Shown here one piece after another: positions 28,932 to 38,893 of a stretch of 64,000 nucleotides of DNA. The notes beneath the pieces were generated by a model. The model saw only the letters and a program-made list of their open reading frames with translations. It did not search any database and had not been told where the DNA came from. Origin of the DNA: Escherichia coli (GTDB lineage Bacteria > Pseudomonadota > Gammaproteobacteria > Enterobacterales > Enterobacteriaceae); NCBI RefSeq assembly GCF_045037415.1, contig NZ_CP173440.1; one strand, given 5' to 3'. Position 1 is the stretch's first letter. Every line of letters begins with the position of its first letter. Both the position numbers and the translations under genes were made by a program.

Positions 28932-29339
28932 TTAGGAGTTATTTTTGTTAAAAAGCATTGCCACTGAGCCTATACCTAAAAGGACGGTCATACCGTAAAG
29001 CAAATACGATGAAATATTGTAGAGATCAAAACCGAGTATGGTGCGTGCTTTTTCATCCGGCAAAACCACGGTAAATATAAGGTTCCACAAAGCAATTAAA
29101 ATTATCTGGGCACCAAATAATCTAGGCAACGCGCCAAGTTCTTCGAATGCAAACAAACACATAGTCACAACCAACACAACCATAATGCCAATGAATGAAC
29201 ATAATATCGCTGAAATCCCAAAACCAAACGCAGTAAACACAATTGATTCTTTGGCGGTTAATCCCGTGACTCCGTAGACCAATAGCACCATAATAATAAA
29301 AAAAAGAAAACCCTTTATAAATGCCATAAAATCACCCAA
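28932..29339 (-). CDS. membrane protein
   Basis: 135 aa with 4 TM helices. Confidence 0.55.
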   Translation of the reverse strand: MGDFMAFIKGFLFFIIMVLLVYGVTGLTAKESIVFTAFGFGISAILCSFIGIMVVLVVTMCLFAFEELGALPRLFGAQIILIALWNLIFTVVLPDEKARTILGFDLYNISSYLLYGMTVLLGIGSVAMLFNKNNS

Positions 29340-29517
29340 GATTATTAGAAAATGATCTTTTGTTGGCCAAACAGAAGCTTACAATAACAATGTATTTAAA
29401 CCAATAAATCATTCAACCTATTTTATGTTGTAAGCAACTGAATTTAGCCTTCTGGAATTTCTAAAAGATTTATCGAGCCTCATAAAAGATAAAATTCCTG
29501 CTCAGCCTTTCTCCCGC

Positions 29518-29700
29518 TTACGCGCAATTAAATCCCTGCGACGCAACCAGCGGTGAAATATATCTTATGAGTAAATTAAAAACAAAGCCGAGTGTAAGGC
29601 TCAGGATTAACACCACGATAAAGCGATGTGGGTCTTTACCCAGAACAATATCTAAAAATCTTCGCATGATATTTGTAAGATAATTTAAAAAAAGAACCAT
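29518..29700 (-). CDS. small membrane protein
   Basis: 60 aa with 2 TM helices. Confidence 0.4.
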   Translation of the reverse strand: MVLFLNYLTNIMRRFLDIVLGKDPHRFIVVLILSLTLGFVFNLLIRYISPLVASQGFNCA

Positions 29701-29742
29701 CTTTTATCCCCTTCTATACCAATTCACAAATCATGAGGCAAG

Positions 29743-29760
29743 CCGGGGAAAACTCCCCGG
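29743..29760 (-). terminator. hairpin after the parB-like gene
   Basis: CCGGGG-AAAACT-CCCCGG, 15 nt past the stop. Confidence 0.45.
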
Positions 29761-29774
29761 TTACGCCTTAAATA

Positions 29775-31016
29775 TTATTGCTCTGAGTTTTTTTTCTGGA
29801 TTTTTTCCAGATGCTTATCGTAGCTGTCTTTGGCTGCAGTCAGCTGCAAAAACTCTTCATAGGTTAACGTCAGTTGATACTGGGCTTTAGCGAGAACCTC
29901 TGCACCGTCTTCCATAAAGGGAATTTCTTTCGCTTCGGTAACGATACGGTTAATAACATCAAGAGAGTTATCTACAATCTCTTTGGAGATTTTTTTCGGC
30001 AGCACGTCGAACACCGACGGCTGAGATTTGATATTTTGTTTAGGTTCGCGTTTCGCCGCAGGGGTCCGTTTCGGTTCGGATTTTTCACCGCCTTCCCCTT
30101 CTTCTGAACCGCCACCCGCAACGCCTGCATCATTGCCTGCAGAGCTTTCAATGACACCAGCAGCCGCGTCAGAGGCACTATTAGATCCGTTACCTGCATC
30201 AGTCGTTGTAATGGTTGTCACATTGCCATCAGATTCACCATTAGTGTCGTTTTCACCTGTACGCTTAGCAAGAAGGACCTGACCAATGGTTTTGTCGGTA
30301 GCTTTGCCAAACTTATCAAACGCTTCCTGAATGATAGCGACACAGTTATCCGGGTATTTCTCCATCACGTCGAGTGCTGCGTAGTATGCTACTACACCTT
30401 TAACGATCAGACCTTTTAACGCCTCCGGGGCGGTGTGAACTTTGAGCAATTTACGGACATGGGTTACGGAGACTTTACGGTCTGCGGCCAGCTCTTCGAT
30501 GCTCATAGGCTCTTCTGCGCTGTTGTGCATGCGATACATGGACTCAGCCTGAGCAACGATCGAGACCGGAAGTTGATCGTTTCCTTTAAGATTAAAAAGT
30601 TCTGCTTTACTGTCAGAGCCACGGAATTCGTCAACACGAATTTTATCAACCGGGCCCTCACCCCGTTCTGCGCGAATTTTATTAGCCAGTGGAATTGCAC
30701 GGTGACGGCAGTGTCCCTGACGAATGACAACCTGACCATCACGAACCTGGACAACCATAGGGGCCATTTCCAGAGGGCTATCGGCATATTGCTGAGCCAG
30801 ACGCGCCAGGTGGTCCTTAACTTCCGGGAGTTCCCAGTAAGCCTCACCCAGGCCAGCGGTACGTGTGTTAAAGCCAGGGATGATGTTCAGATGCGTCGGG
30901 TCCATAACAAGACCATTGCCCAGACGACCACCGATACCATTTTTTTCTAAGAAGGTACGCAGAGAAACATTTTCGTTTTTGGCTTTAGCTGGAGTTGCCA
31001 TAGTTGCAGTAGTCAT
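29775..31016 (-). CDS. ParB/KorB-like DNA-binding protein
   Basis: ParB/Srx N-domain (VVIRQGHCRHRAIPLAN, GxxRxxA-like box). HTH SIEELAADRKVSVTHVRKLLKV. Long Gly/Asp/Ser-rich linker. No parA neighbour. Confidence 0.8.
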   Translation of the reverse strand: MTTATMATPAKAKNENVSLRTFLEKNGIGGRLGNGLVMDPTHLNIIPGFNTRTAGLGEAYWELPEVKDHLARLAQQYADSPLEMAPMVVQVRDGQVVIRQGHCRHRAIPLANKIRAERGEGPVDKIRVDEFRGSDSKAELFNLKGNDQLPVSIVAQAESMYRMHNSAEEPMSIEELAADRKVSVTHVRKLLKVHTAPEALKGLIVKGVVAYYAALDVMEKYPDNCVAIIQEAFDKFGKATDKTIGQVLLAKRTGENDTNGESDGNVTTITTTDAGNGSNSASDAAAGVIESSAGNDAGVAGGGSEEGEGGEKSEPKRTPAAKREPKQNIKSQPSVFDVLPKKISKEIVDNSLDVINRIVTEAKEIPFMEDGAEVLAKAQYQLTLTYEEFLQLTAAKDSYDKHLEKIQKKNSEQ

Positions 31017-31126
31017 TGAATTTTCCTCTTCCTGTTGTATGTGGGTAAACGGTCATTGCCGTTGTTAGACCCAGGATACATTCTCAAAACGCTCCATCAA
31101 GCCCCTATTTTCACTTTGGCGTGAAA

Positions 31127-31885
31127 AAAGTTACTTTTTTTTGTTCACGGCAAAAATTTTACACATGATTCTTCTGTGGCAAGGGCTCCAGGAGCCGGAT
31201 TTCGGTGTTTATGTGAAGAAAATTTTTTCAGTGGTATGCCGGGGATCATAATTTTTGGATAATTTTGAAGGAGATACGAACAGTGAAGGTGATTACAGAC
31301 GATGCATGTCTCATTGATTTTTAGGACATAAATCGTCAAAAGTTACTTTTTTGAGGGTGATAACGACACTTGAACACGCTTCTCAGGACAGAAAAGTAAC
31401 TTTTTTCAGTGCTGAGCCCACTCTTTCAAAAGTTACTTTTTGATAAAACCTGCGTTCGGGGAAGGAGGCAAAGCTTGCGGGGGGAAGGAAGAAACTATTT
31501 TTATCTGATTGTGCAAATCATAGACGCTCAGCCCGTCATGTTGATCCCCGTACGCAGATAGACAAATGTTCGGGGTTTAAAAAGTTACTTTTCAGGTGCT
31601 GTGCTGTTTCACGCTGCCGGATACATAGCAGGTACAGGTATCCTGTCCTGCTATGAGAAGACCAGCGCCCCTGTTTAGTTCGTCTCTGTTTGCAGCTCTT
31701 TGCGAGCGTTTGCGATCAACTCGTTCACTTCATCGCGGTCAAATCCTGGCATTGCGGGCAAAACCGTATCGGAAGGAACGGCATCAATCCACTCAAGAGC
31801 CGCAAGCAGTGCGCTTAGTAATTGTTCATTAATTTTCATTAGACCGCCTATTTCAACCTTTTTACTATCTTTAAAAAGTTACTTT
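31127..31885. promoter_or_regulatory. cluster of six AAAGTWACTTT palindromes upstream of the parB-like gene (parS/operator-like array)
   Basis: Exact cores at 31127, 31339, 31393, 31429, 31581 and 31875. Confidence 0.6.
31675..31839 (-). CDS. small hypothetical protein (54 aa)
   Basis: Below the track cutoff; MKINEQLLSALLAALEWIDAVPSD... Confidence 0.35.
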   Translation of the reverse strand: MKINEQLLSALLAALEWIDAVPSDTVLPAMPGFDRDEVNELIANARKELQTETN

Positions 31886-31899
31886 TGCTGAGTGCAAAC

Positions 31900-32355
31900 T
31901 CAATCTTTAGACCACTCGATAAGCGCATTATGCAGTTCCATCGCGCCGGAAGAACGAAGCTCAGCGTCCTCGTACGATATCCCGAGGCGGTCCATGACGC
32001 AATCCGTATCCAGAAAGTCAGAGGTGGCGTTCAGAGCTTCTTTAATGACCTGTCCATGGGTAACCGCCACTAACTTGCGCTCGTGATCGGCTATCTGTAA
32101 TGCTTTGCCTCCATCAATGCTGTTGCCCTGGTCGTCTATCCCACTGGTTGTCTGACAGTCGTTATCGAGGACAGATACTGGCTCATCGGCATTAGCGGTG
32201 CCGTGTTTTGCATTTTCCGCTAACGCGATAGCTGCCTGAACGGCGGGTATCATGGCAGTGGAATCTACGTTATCGGAAAATAAAATATCGGTTTCCATTT
32301 CAACATTATCTTCGAGCCAGCGAAGAAGAATTTCTAAAGAATCCTGAATGTTCAT
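31900..32355 (-). CDS. acidic hypothetical protein
   Basis: 151-aa ORF, strongly acidic. Confidence 0.6.
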   Translation of the reverse strand: MNIQDSLEILLRWLEDNVEMETDILFSDNVDSTAMIPAVQAAIALAENAKHGTANADEPVSVLDNDCQTTSGIDDQGNSIDGGKALQIADHERKLVAVTHGQVIKEALNATSDFLDTDCVMDRLGISYEDAELRSSGAMELHNALIEWSKD

Positions 32356-32642
32356 ATTTAGCTCCGGCCAAAAAAATAATAACAGGGGTGAAGACAGACA
32401 TTCTAAATTATGAAGAATTCATGCCGCAGAACCAGGATACATTTTCAACTCAAAAAAGCAACCCTTTGCAATCAGGAAAAGTTAATTAATTGCAACCTGA
32501 AAATTCACCACTTAAATAAACAACGGGGTAATATTATTGGAAAGAAACAGCAAGCCGGTTATTTTAAGGAGCTCTGCTATCATGCTTGTCATTATATTTT
32601 AAGCCACTGTTTATGCGGCACTCACAATATGCATTCAAATAT

Positions 32643-33251
32643 TCAGGCGTCAGATTGATTCCTGGAATTGATAAATGCATTTAAGCATTCCTGCATTCCC
32701 CAGGATGCCTGCCACTTGCAAAGAAAAAGGTACTTTCTCTCAAGGTTCTCCATCTCTTGAAGATTTTCCGCTGAAAAATACGTCCATATATCATGCCAGC
32801 ATACATCATAAGTAACCCCTGCGGGTGGTTGGTACGTCATGGCATCTGCACAGATAATGTCCACACGCTTATCATCTATAAAGGCCGGAGCGACAAGGTT
32901 GATAACGTCTTGCTCTTTTTCAATAACGGTTACGTGGGTCACATCCTTTTTTTGCAAAATGACATGGAGAACCATCCCCAGTCCAAGCCCGTTGATAAGC
33001 ACGCGCCCCGTTGCCCGCTCAATAAATTCCATGCACGTGTTAATTTCCATCGGTGTATTGGACATGACGACTTCGCCATTATTTGAGAGACGACGATACT
33101 TACCAGGTGGAATGTATTCATTCTGATTGCCTGTTACGTCGGCCCTGAGAGAGAGCATATGCGCTTTCTCCTGAGAGATGGTGAATGTATCCAATGTCCA
33201 CGATCCGGATTTACCGTCCGTAACAGGGAGATCGTAAAAAAGAGTTCCCAT
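32643..33251 (-). CDS. class I SAM-dependent methyltransferase-like protein
   Basis: VLINGLGLGMV (motif I-like GxGxG), then VTVIEKE acidic loop and ICADA. Confidence 0.6.
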   Translation of the reverse strand: MGTLFYDLPVTDGKSGSWTLDTFTISQEKAHMLSLRADVTGNQNEYIPPGKYRRLSNNGEVVMSNTPMEINTCMEFIERATGRVLINGLGLGMVLHVILQKKDVTHVTVIEKEQDVINLVAPAFIDDKRVDIICADAMTYQPPAGVTYDVCWHDIWTYFSAENLQEMENLERKYLFLCKWQASWGMQECLNAFINSRNQSDA

Positions 33252-33320
33252 TTTCAGTCCTGTAGTGTCGGAGCGTTACTTACCGGAAATTACCACAAAC
33301 CGGCTACTTTTGCAGGAATA

Positions 33321-33770
33321 TCAGTCGCTGAAATGTGTCTTTTGCCGCCGCCACACAATGTAACGTTCAAGACACCCGCACATGATGGCCGTATCACGGG
33401 CTCCCTGAGCGGCCACGGCAGCTGACGTACGCCGTCCACCATTTCCTGTGAACTCGCGGGAGGATGCGTCCTGTAGCGTTGTCTTATCGCCATTCATCCG
33501 GTTCAGGAGCGCGTACAAATCGTCGAGGCTGAGGTGTTTCCAGCGAACGTCTGACAACCTGATTTCCTCCTGATTTGCTTTCTCATACCGTTCGTCACGG
33601 GTTAAAAGCTCACTTGGCCGGGCTTTCCTGAATGCTTGTGTTGCTTGTTCGACAGCACTTTCTTTACTGCTGGCAAAGAGATAATTTGCGCCGATGGAAT
33701 AACGGTATTTCCAGCGACTGCCGACCTTTCTGAGAAGGTCAAATTCAATCAACTCCTTTTCCGTTACCAT
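33321..33770 (-). CDS. hypothetical protein
   Basis: 149-aa ORF. Confidence 0.55.
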   Translation of the reverse strand: MVTEKELIEFDLLRKVGSRWKYRYSIGANYLFASSKESAVEQATQAFRKARPSELLTRDERYEKANQEEIRLSDVRWKHLSLDDLYALLNRMNGDKTTLQDASSREFTGNGGRRTSAAVAAQGARDTAIMCGCLERYIVWRRQKTHFSD

Positions 33771-33779
33771 GATTTAACC

Positions 33780-33965
33780 TTAATTAATGAATGATTTTGA
33801 CGATTCAAGAATAAGGTTTTCAATGTCACGTTTTGCTGCCTGACGTGCGCGATGTTTATCGGCACGCAGTACACTACTGTAGGCATTATTTTTACGGTAT
33901 CCCCTGGAACGACATAATCCACAGGTGCAACCAGTTACAGAATAAGACAAGCCATAAGGTTTCAT
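33780..33965 (-). CDS. small basic Cys-rich protein
   Basis: MKPYGLSYSVTGCTCGLCRSRGY... after a GAGGGAAAGG SD. The track ORF starts further upstream. Confidence 0.45.
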   Translation of the reverse strand: MKPYGLSYSVTGCTCGLCRSRGYRKNNAYSSVLRADKHRARQAAKRDIENLILESSKSFIN

Positions 33966-34221
33966 ACCTTTCCCTCTTTTTAAATATCCGCATCGCGATA
34001 AGTATATTAAATAAAACAGATAGTGCAAGTACCGTAATTAATATTAATCACACCCGGAGCGGCCGGTATAATTCATAATTTCTGAAGCATTATGTAGACC
34101 GGCCAGATAAAACCATCCTGAAAACAGTTTTCTTTTGATTGAAATGTTAGCGGTTAATTGGTCCATATTTTTTACTGGCAGGGAGGGAAACAGTCCAGCA
34201 TGCTCTTCGCTTTTACGAAGT

Positions 34222-34989
34222 CTATTCCGCCGGTGTGTGAATATGAAAGCGTGGTTCTCCATCTTCAGGGTCAGGCCAGTTCCGGGATTTGTTCACTTTC
34301 AGCTTTTCGATCATCGCCCGGGTAATCTGCTCGTCAGTGATACCGGCTCGGCGTTGGGCATCCCAGAGTAAAAATTGCATATCAGCCCATTCAGCATAGT
34401 TACCGGGCGCTTCTGCGGTTTCCAGCGCCTCGAGACTGAGATGCTTCAGCGGGCCAGTCGGGCCAACATCGCCGAATGTATCCTGAGACCACTCGGCGTG
34501 GTCACGGCGGATCTGGTCGCGTTCAGGAGATGGAGAGGCATAGAGATAGAGTGCTATATCAGAACCGTCTAATATGGGTTCAGGCCAGATTTCCCCAAAA
34601 CCATCTTCGCACTGAAGCTCAGTGCGGGATGTGTATACCACCGGCCTATTATTTTTCGCAAACCCGCGATGTTGCAGGAGTTCGCGGATAACGGCGGCAA
34701 TAACACCAGGCGCAGCCAAACGGCCAAACTCGCATTGATAATTTGGGTCGGGGTGACAAACCGATTCTTCCGCATACCAGAGCATGTTCGCCAGGTAATC
34801 ATCCTCAACTGGCGTAGAAGTTTCGGCCTGACGTCGTTTTTTTAACTCTCGGGCCATTATTGCTGCCTGATGGGGTGAAACCACTTCGCCAGCGATGATC
34901 CGGTCCAGTTCATCGACTGAAAAGGGATAATCATCCGGAAGAGTGTGGGTCTCTATATTGAGTAGGGCTTTGTTACTTTCGTGGCTCAT
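34222..34989 (-). CDS. phage-type protein with C-terminal DUF550/MazG-like dNTP pyrophosphohydrolase domain
   Basis: C-terminal HAEWSQDTFG...PLKHLSLEALETAE...EWADMQFLLWDA...KLKVNKSRNWP resembles DUF550 of lambdoid prophages (recollection). Confidence 0.55.
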   Translation of the reverse strand: MSHESNKALLNIETHTLPDDYPFSVDELDRIIAGEVVSPHQAAIMARELKKRRQAETSTPVEDDYLANMLWYAEESVCHPDPNYQCEFGRLAAPGVIAAVIRELLQHRGFAKNNRPVVYTSRTELQCEDGFGEIWPEPILDGSDIALYLYASPSPERDQIRRDHAEWSQDTFGDVGPTGPLKHLSLEALETAEAPGNYAEWADMQFLLWDAQRRAGITDEQITRAMIEKLKVNKSRNWPDPEDGEPRFHIHTPAE

Positions 34990-35052
34990 AGTGTGCTCCA
35001 GTTATTTTCGATCACTACGCCGAAGGTTAAAGCTAATCGCATCGTTTTGCCT

Positions 35053-35577
35053 TTAAATATCCAGGTCTGCTAGAAAGCGTTGTTGAATCTCATTTTTTTG
35101 AATGATGTCCACCAGCTGGCTGGGGTCAACCGTCTTAGCCAGCAGATTTGAGGCATCATCCAGTGCCCAGGCTTTTAACACCATATCGCCTTCAGACATA
35201 AACATTTCCCGTCCATTTTCATGGTTGTACCATTTCTGATTATCATCCAGTGTCACGAGGATATGCGTCGGTTCGTTGCCAGGATCCCCGTTGTCGAAAT
35301 AGTGGATTGCATAGAGGCCCGGTTTTAGACTTTGCTGGGTGAGCTGGAGGTTATTGTTGCTCTGTGCCAGCAGATTTGAGGCATCATCCAGCGCCCAAGC
35401 TTTTAAAAATGTATCGCCTTGGTGTCGCAACATATCGAGGCCTGTTCCCTCTTCACGCCAGAGTTGGTTGGCGTCCTGGGTCGCGAGGGTATAATACAGA
35501 TCACCATCAACATCCCAGCAATCGAAATACCAGACAGCATAGAGACCCGGTTTCAGGTGATTTAAATTCTGTTTCAT
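35053..35577 (-). CDS. hypothetical protein made of two tandem homologous domains
   Basis: LKPGLYAVWYFD...KAWALDDASNLLAQ repeated as LKPGLYAIHYFD...KAWALDDASNLLAK. GGAGG SD before ATG 35577. Confidence 0.6.
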   Translation of the reverse strand: MKQNLNHLKPGLYAVWYFDCWDVDGDLYYTLATQDANQLWREEGTGLDMLRHQGDTFLKAWALDDASNLLAQSNNNLQLTQQSLKPGLYAIHYFDNGDPGNEPTHILVTLDDNQKWYNHENGREMFMSEGDMVLKAWALDDASNLLAKTVDPSQLVDIIQKNEIQQRFLADLDI

Positions 35578-36030
35578 AATAAGCCTCCGGTGAGCATGCA
35601 CACAGACTAAAACCTATAAAAACCCAAGTGGAATTTAATCGAAAAAAAAGAAAACCTAACTAGCAAGTGAAATACAAAGCAGGTGGTTGATACTACCAGA
35701 ATACTATTTTATTACGCTTGTTCAAGACCCAATTTTTAATGTCAGGGAAAAGAAAGAGATTTTTTGGGAGAGATTGCAATTTCTGGATGATAATTAAAAG
35801 CTGTGAAAATCTTGGAGGTGATAAAAGTGTTAATTAAAAACCATCATAAGTCAAAAAAACTGGGTAATGCTGCACATTCAGCTCTTACGAATATACAGCC
35901 TTTCCCTGAATGTTGATTGTTTATTCAACCTGTTTCAGAAGTTTTTCTATTCCTGATTTTTGTACCTGTCAACATTATCAATTCAAGATAAATAATGCTC
36001 AACAGGGTAGTCAGCCTTCACCGGCAAATA

Positions 36031-36318
36031 TTACCAGTCTCCGCCCTCCACTCTTAGGTCCGGTGCCGCATGAGCTAGTAACTCCTGCTGGGGCTGGTCA
36101 TGTTTATTATGACTTTCCCCAAGCAGCAGGCTTAAACTTCCAGACGCCGCATAATACGAAGCATCCGGGAAGTGCTCGCGGACCTCGTCCAGAAGTCGGG
36201 AGAGGTTTTTTGCGGTCCGGTAGAATCGAGAGGCTGCGTTTGGCATAGCTTCGCTTAACAGCTCATGAGCTGTTGTATTTTCACTGGATATTTTTGATAA
36301 AACGTCATCCTGGTCCAT
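36031..36318 (-). CDS. hypothetical protein
   Basis: 95-aa ORF. Confidence 0.5.
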   Translation of the reverse strand: MDQDDVLSKISSENTTAHELLSEAMPNAASRFYRTAKNLSRLLDEVREHFPDASYYAASGSLSLLLGESHNKHDQPQQELLAHAAPDLRVEGGDW

Positions 36319-36373
36319 TTACAGTTCTCCCGTTTGATGGTTGTTAATGATGGCAATAGTGCATCAGTCCTGA

Positions 36374-36535
36374 TCACACCAATCCCAGTTGCCAGGCGAT
36401 GCCCCGAATGGTGTATTCACCGCTCCACCCTGTCACAACATAGAAGCGGTCCCCGTTTTTATTACTGCCCGTTAACTTCATTTTTTTTCCGGTGCTGGCA
36501 AGTAACACTTTCATTGATTTTACAGTGACTTTCAT
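36374..36535 (-). CDS. small hypothetical protein (53 aa)
   Basis: Below the cutoff; AGGTGGA SD; MKVTVKSMKVLLASTGKK... Confidence 0.35.
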   Translation of the reverse strand: MKVTVKSMKVLLASTGKKMKLTGSNKNGDRFYVVTGWSGEYTIRGIAWQLGLV

Positions 36536-36598
36536 CTTCCACCTAAACATTCAAGACTCTCTGTTTTTCCTTACTGCTTACAAATTCATTGTGGAATA

Positions 36599-36871
36599 TC
36601 AATCCTTGATATTCATGGTGGCAGCGGCTTGTTTCCCCGTGTCGGTAAGCGTGACCGCATAAAACAAGGCGTGTTCTCTCCCCCCCTTATGTACATAGTC
36701 CACCAGCCCGAGACGAAACAGGACAGGAATAGATGGTGCAGAAATATCATCGGTGAATATCCCTGATCCTGGCCTGCATTCCCGCGCCTTTTTTCCGTCA
36801 CCACGGAGTTGATATTTACTCCCCCCGGATAATCGCCGCAGTGTGTAGATCTGTGCGTTAGTAAGCTTCAT
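36599..36871 (-). CDS. hypothetical protein
   Basis: 90-aa ORF. Confidence 0.55.
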   Translation of the reverse strand: MKLTNAQIYTLRRLSGGSKYQLRGDGKKARECRPGSGIFTDDISAPSIPVLFRLGLVDYVHKGGREHALFYAVTLTDTGKQAAATMNIKD

Positions 36872-36954
36872 CTTAAATCCTTGAGATACTGATACTTTTT
36901 AGAACCAAAAAAGAAGCCAGAATTATTATTCTCAATAATTATATATTTCCGACT

Positions 36955-37209
36955 CTACTCAAAGGTAATGACCTCCATAACACAAACATGCTGTGTAGCA
37001 TCAGGAGGAAGTAAGACACGGCAGTTGGGGCAAGGAGTCATGCGCTTGGTTATTATACTAGCTAAATCTGTCATGCGCTTGGTTATACTAGTTAAATCTG
37101 TCATTTTCTCTCGCGAGCCGTCAGAAAGTTCCATTAAAGCTTTTTCAAGTAAATTGCTCATTTTTATATATCCTCTAAGATTTATGTACAATCTGTTGTT
37201 CTCGCCCAA
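36955..37209 (-). CDS. hypothetical protein containing a 33/30-bp tandem repeat
   Basis: GTCATGCGCTTGGTTAT..AAATCT occurs twice (37037-37099), encoding RMTDL(A/T)SI(I)TK twice. C-terminal CPNC motif. Confidence 0.45.
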   Translation of the reverse strand: MGENNRLYINLRGYIKMSNLLEKALMELSDGSREKMTDLTSITKRMTDLASIITKRMTPCPNCRVLLPPDATQHVCVMEVITFE

Positions 37210-37264
37210 TGTTGAGATTATTGAATTATCTTCAACCTACAGGCGATGACCAAAATTAGTAATA

Positions 37265-37275
37265 AAAGTAACTTT
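37265..37275. promoter_or_regulatory. palindromic motif copy
   Basis: Exact AAAGTAACTTT, 56 nt upstream of 37209. Confidence 0.5.
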
Positions 37276-37462
37276 TTCCTGATTGCGACGCTAGTGCTAT
37301 CATACGCGCACAAAAAACATACCAGCACTACCGTTTGCTTTGTTATTACTCCACTTGATAAGTGAACTATACACTACGCGTCACGAGAATAGAGAGTTGA
37401 CAGGAGCTAAACTCTATCCCACTGTATATACCATTTCATACAACGAAAAGAGTGATTTGCGG

Positions 37463-37660
37463 TCATATCTGTCGCCTCATCTTCGAAATAGGGTTATTCC
37501 AGGCATCAATATCTTCCTGAATCACCCTGCCGTTACCACCGCATAACATACAACCGGATAGAAGGCCGTAACACTCAGGGCATTTTTCGAATGGCCCAAA
37601 CTGGCGCTTCCATTTTAGCAGTGCTGCTCGCTTGCCCATTTCTTCAATGGAGGGCATCAT
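37463..37660 (-). CDS. small zinc-ribbon protein
   Basis: MMPSIEEMGK...CPECYG...CMLCGGNG. AGGAGG SD; ATGA overlap with the upstream stop. Confidence 0.55.
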   Translation of the reverse strand: MMPSIEEMGKRAALLKWKRQFGPFEKCPECYGLLSGCMLCGGNGRVIQEDIDAWNNPISKMRRQI

Positions 37661-38556
37661 TTCACCTCCTGTGGGGCGGCTGCGAGCATGGCTTTGTATG
37701 TGCCTTTTGATGAAGGGTTCTTGGTGGCCATGTAGTGCAGCCACCCGGCATCAATCATCTCTTTTGTCGGTTCCTTCGGTAACATCACGTAACCAGGAGG
37801 TGCTACGTAGCGAACTTCCACTGTTCTGTCAGCACCTGTTGCCTGGTCAATGCCAATTACCGGAGAGTTGACTGCCTGGAGCATAGCGGCCCGGAAAGCG
37901 TTCCAGGAATCAGCGGCCGCATTTCGCTGGTCTTCATCCCACTGGAATACAGCGTGGTCACGACGCCTGGCGCTGGCAAGAATCTCGATACTGTCCGGAG
38001 TAGCTTCTTCCGGCACTACCAGCGTTGGCTGAGGGGCGGCGAAAAGTTCGTGCACACCATCAGGGCACATTTGACCGCCCTTTACAGTGCATACCGCCAC
38101 TGGCTCAGCCTCCACCTTCATGCCATTTGCCAGCAGAATAGTGATAGCGCGAGTTAATGCCATGCGCTCACCACTTTGAAGAATCCGAGCAGCCTCTGCG
38201 CACGAGGACTCTGCTGAACCGGCACGTTCAAGAAGATTTTTTACGTTATTTTCGTATACTCTGCAGTCTTTATCCAGCTCAGCAATACGCTGCAGGGCCT
38301 TCTCCAGTGACTCTACCAGCGCATCAACGTAACCAGCGGCACGAAGGGCAAACGCCGTGATTGATAGCTCTGCGTCAGTTTCTTGCCCGTAGCTTTCGCA
38401 TTCCGAGACAACTGCAAAATAGTCGGAGTCGATCTCGTTATTTGCCAGGTGGCGTAGCAAATTGGCCGTTTCATTTCCGTTTGCGATGAGTAGATCATGG
38501 CTCTGCGGTTGTTCGGTGATATCGGTTCTCTTGCTGCACTCAAATGAATTGTTCAT
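37657..38556 (-). CDS. hypothetical protein (coiled-coil N-half)
   Basis: The track ORF's first 29 aa look non-coding; MNNSFECSK start at 38556 chosen. Confidence 0.55.
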   Translation of the reverse strand: MNNSFECSKRTDITEQPQSHDLLIANGNETANLLRHLANNEIDSDYFAVVSECESYGQETDAELSITAFALRAAGYVDALVESLEKALQRIAELDKDCRVYENNVKNLLERAGSAESSCAEAARILQSGERMALTRAITILLANGMKVEAEPVAVCTVKGGQMCPDGVHELFAAPQPTLVVPEEATPDSIEILASARRRDHAVFQWDEDQRNAAADSWNAFRAAMLQAVNSPVIGIDQATGADRTVEVRYVAPPGYVMLPKEPTKEMIDAGWLHYMATKNPSSKGTYKAMLAAAPQEVK

Positions 38557-38665
38557 GGTTATATTCCGTATGAGAACGTGCGACCTAGAAAAGTAGAAAC
38601 ATGTCACTGTAAACCAGGTTATCATATTAAAACGTTCCTGCAACTCCTATTATCTTATCATTTAT

Positions 38666-38676
38666 AAAGTAACTTT
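38666..38676. promoter_or_regulatory. palindromic motif copy
   Basis: Exact AAAGTAACTTT, 110 nt upstream of ATG 38556. Confidence 0.5.
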
Positions 38677-38893
38677 CTGGATTTATAAGGTGGCAACCTT
38701 CTGTAAAGTTGGATGACTAAAAGCGAAGCTTTGTAGTGTGGAGGAAGTATTAACTTAAGTGGATAATTTTAAAAATCAAGGCAAACACTCGAAAAAAACC
38801 TCGGATGATAAAAGCATTTTTTATTAAGCAGGCCTTCGACCTGCTTTTTCGGAATGAGATAAAATGAAAGCTTCATTATCGCTGGTGGGAAAA

